Assembly (NCBI GenBank): GCA_964247055.1
Contig: OZ176050.1
Span: 10,478,001-10,542,000, forward strand
DNA from: Paragordius varius
Taxonomy: Eukaryota; Animalia; Nematomorpha
DNA length: 64,000 bases
Reading direction: 5' to 3'
In this document: positions 61,684-64,000 of the stretch, in pieces
Layout of the letters: every line of letters begins with the position of its first letter
Position numbering within the stretch: the first letter of the stretch is position 1
Notes under the pieces: model-generated
Seen by the model: only the letters and a program-made list of their open reading frames with translations
What the model was told of the DNA's origin: nothing
Database searches by the model: none
Translations under genes and position numbers: made by a program

Positions 61684-63410
61684 TAGCGTAAATCTCGTGC
61701 TGCTACGCAGCCCGAGGTAGTCCTTCGGACTTCTGGGGGGTGGGGGAGGGGTTATTTGAAAAAAGGGACAATAAAATGATCCACATATGTGGATTATTTC
61801 GAAACATTATTTAATAGCTATGGATTGTTTACTTGAGGGAAAAATAGATTTAAAAAAATATTTATACATATGATAGAAACTATTTACTCAGCAGCTATCA
61901 TCAAAGAAACGCTTGACTAAAATTTTAGCCTTTTAACAGGTAATACGAAAAAACCTTCTCGAATTTTTACAGTCTCATACCTTGGGCAAAAAAATACAAT
62001 CAAAAAATTATTTTTGTGGACTTTGTTATTTTTGAAAAAAATGGCATTTTACGGGGGTAGCGGGTAAAAAGAGGGCCTAAATCAAAAGTGAGTCGACTAT
62101 GTTCAGCGCGATCAAAAATAAGTAAACAAAAATCATATTTGAAATTGAATAGTCCAACACGTTCTCCAAAAATTTGACTTAACCCATTTTTCCCACGGGG
62201 GGCCCGAACTAAGGACCTAATTCCAAAAAAGAACGAAGCTATTGTCGGGGCATTCATTAATGATTATATTTTTTCGAAGTTTGGATTTGAATGGGTCTAC
62301 CGGTTTTCCTGTACCAGATCACAAAGCCAGCATTTTCCATTTTTATAAATATATAGATTACCATAAATAATGTATTAATATCCATATATCTTTTAACATG
62401 CTATACATATGATAGATACTCCTTACTCAGCATCTATCATCAAAGAAACGCTTGACAAAAATTTTTGCCTTTTAACAGGTAATACAAAAAAACCTTCTCG
62501 AATTTTTACAGTCTCATATCTTGGGCAAAAAAATACAATCAAAAAATTATTTTTGTGGACTTTGTTTTTTTTGAAAAAAATGGTATTTTACGGGGGTAGC
62601 GGGTAAAAAGAGGGCCTAAATCAAAAGTGAGTCGACTATGTTCAGCGCGATCAAAAATAAGTAAATAAAAATCATATTTGAAAATGAATGGTCCAACACG
62701 TTCTCCAAAAAATTGACTTAACCCATTTTTCACACGGGGTGGGCCCGAACTGGGAACCTAATTCCAGAAAAGGGCGAAGCTATTGTCGGGGCATTCCTTA
62801 ATGATTATATTTTTTCGAAGTTTGGATTTGAATGGGTCTACCGGTTTTCCGGAAACGGATCACAAAGTTACATGAGGAATCAGTTTTTAGCGGGTAGCTC
62901 CTTACCCAGCAGCTATCATCAAAAAACGCCTGACTAAAATTTTTGACTTTCAACAGGGAATACGTGGAATCCATATAGAATTTTTACGGTCTCATACCTA
63001 GGGTCGAAAAATCGATTTAAAAATTATTTTTGTGGACTTTGTTTTTTGAAAAAAATGGCATTTTACGGGGGGAGCGGGTAAAAAGAGGGCCCAAATCAAA
63101 AATGTGACCCCACTATGTTCGGCGCAATCGAAAATAAATAAACAAAAATCATATTTGAAATAGAATGGACCAACACGTTCTCCGGAAAATTGTCTTAAAG
63201 ACACGATTTTTGTAGACTTCTATTTTAAAAAAAACCGTTTTTCACACGGGGTGGGCCCGAACTGGGGGCCTATTTCAAAAAAAGGGCGAAGCTATTGTCG
63301 GGGCATTCATTAATGATTAAATTTTTTCGAAGTTTGGATTTGAATGGGTCTACCGGTTTTCCTGTACCAGATCACAAAGCCAGCATTTTCCATTTTTATA
63401 AATATATAGA
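61683..63410 (-). mobile_element. Non-autonomous Helitron with three tandem ~480-530 bp copies of its 5' region
   Basis: 5' A|TCtatatatttataaaaatgg at 63410 and again at 62357. 3' hairpin cgggctgcgtagcagcacg (61696-61714) then agatttacgCTAG|T at 61686-61683. Units at about 63410-62880, 62860-62410 and 62357-61870. Confidence 0.8.
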
Positions 63411-64000
63411 TTAATAAATTCTAACTATGTAAGACTGCATAAGCATCTATGGTATTTAGGTTGCGATGTTTATATTTTTTAAATTATTGGCTTTCAAAAA
63501 GAGGAAGGGGGCACCATAAGAGTTTTACTCCCCGTGCGCCGTAAATGCTCATCACGCCACTGTATTAATGACAAATATAACATTAAATATATGCCATTTA
63601 TAACCGGTCACAGTTATGAACATTTATAAATAAAATTCTAAACCAGATTGTTCGCATTTAATACACAAATTTATAGTATATATAGGGTATTTATTAAAAA
63701 AAAATTTTAAAGAAAGAATCAGTTTTGCCAGTCAAAAATATTTTTTTAATTTTTGCATCTCGCTTTACAGTATTTGTATTTCATCATTTACATAACAAAT
63801 GATTATGCTTCATATGCAAAAAAATTGAAATTGTACTAATAGCTTTTTATATAGTCGTGTCCTAAATCGTTGACAAACTATTCTAGACGGCATATAAAAG
63901 GGAAAAAATGACTTTTTTGTCCGAATAGTTGATAACTGATGATCGGAAATGCGCCTTAAATGAAAAAAAGTATATATAATTAATACACATCAAAATTTAG

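Noticed and set aside
62000-63204. Three similar short ORFs (GERVG..FKYDF..IFDRAEHS)
   Set aside because: They are translations of the tandem Helitron units, with no Rep or helicase motifs and frames broken between copies.

Overview
Very AT-rich animal genomic DNA with spliceosomal genes and many transposon remnants. Four genes are recognisable: the 5' part of a BIG1/BIG2-type Sec7 ARF-GEF (minus, ATG 14541, runs off the left edge), a cholinesterase (plus, from 24009), an OXNAD1-like oxidoreductase (plus, 28959-30173) and a nucleolin-like two-RRM acidic protein (minus, 40107-31880). Three further regions are unresolved gene candidates. The main result is a class of ultra-short GT-AG introns (21-31 nt). 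Several are required to keep conserved reading frames open. They coexist with introns of hundreds to about 2000 nt filled with transposon fragments. The cholinesterase has a serine at the Torpedo G119 position, a partly butyrylcholinesterase-like gorge and a long loop insertion. Repeats include a foldback family with 21-bp subterminal units, two non-autonomous Helitrons (one nested in a foldback element and carrying a ~160-bp dimeric tandem array), a hAT element with a perfect 8-bp TSD, mariner and RTE remnants, a tRNA-derived SINE and many (TA)n tracts. All gene models were assembled by eye and family assignments rest on remembered motifs; no searches were run.
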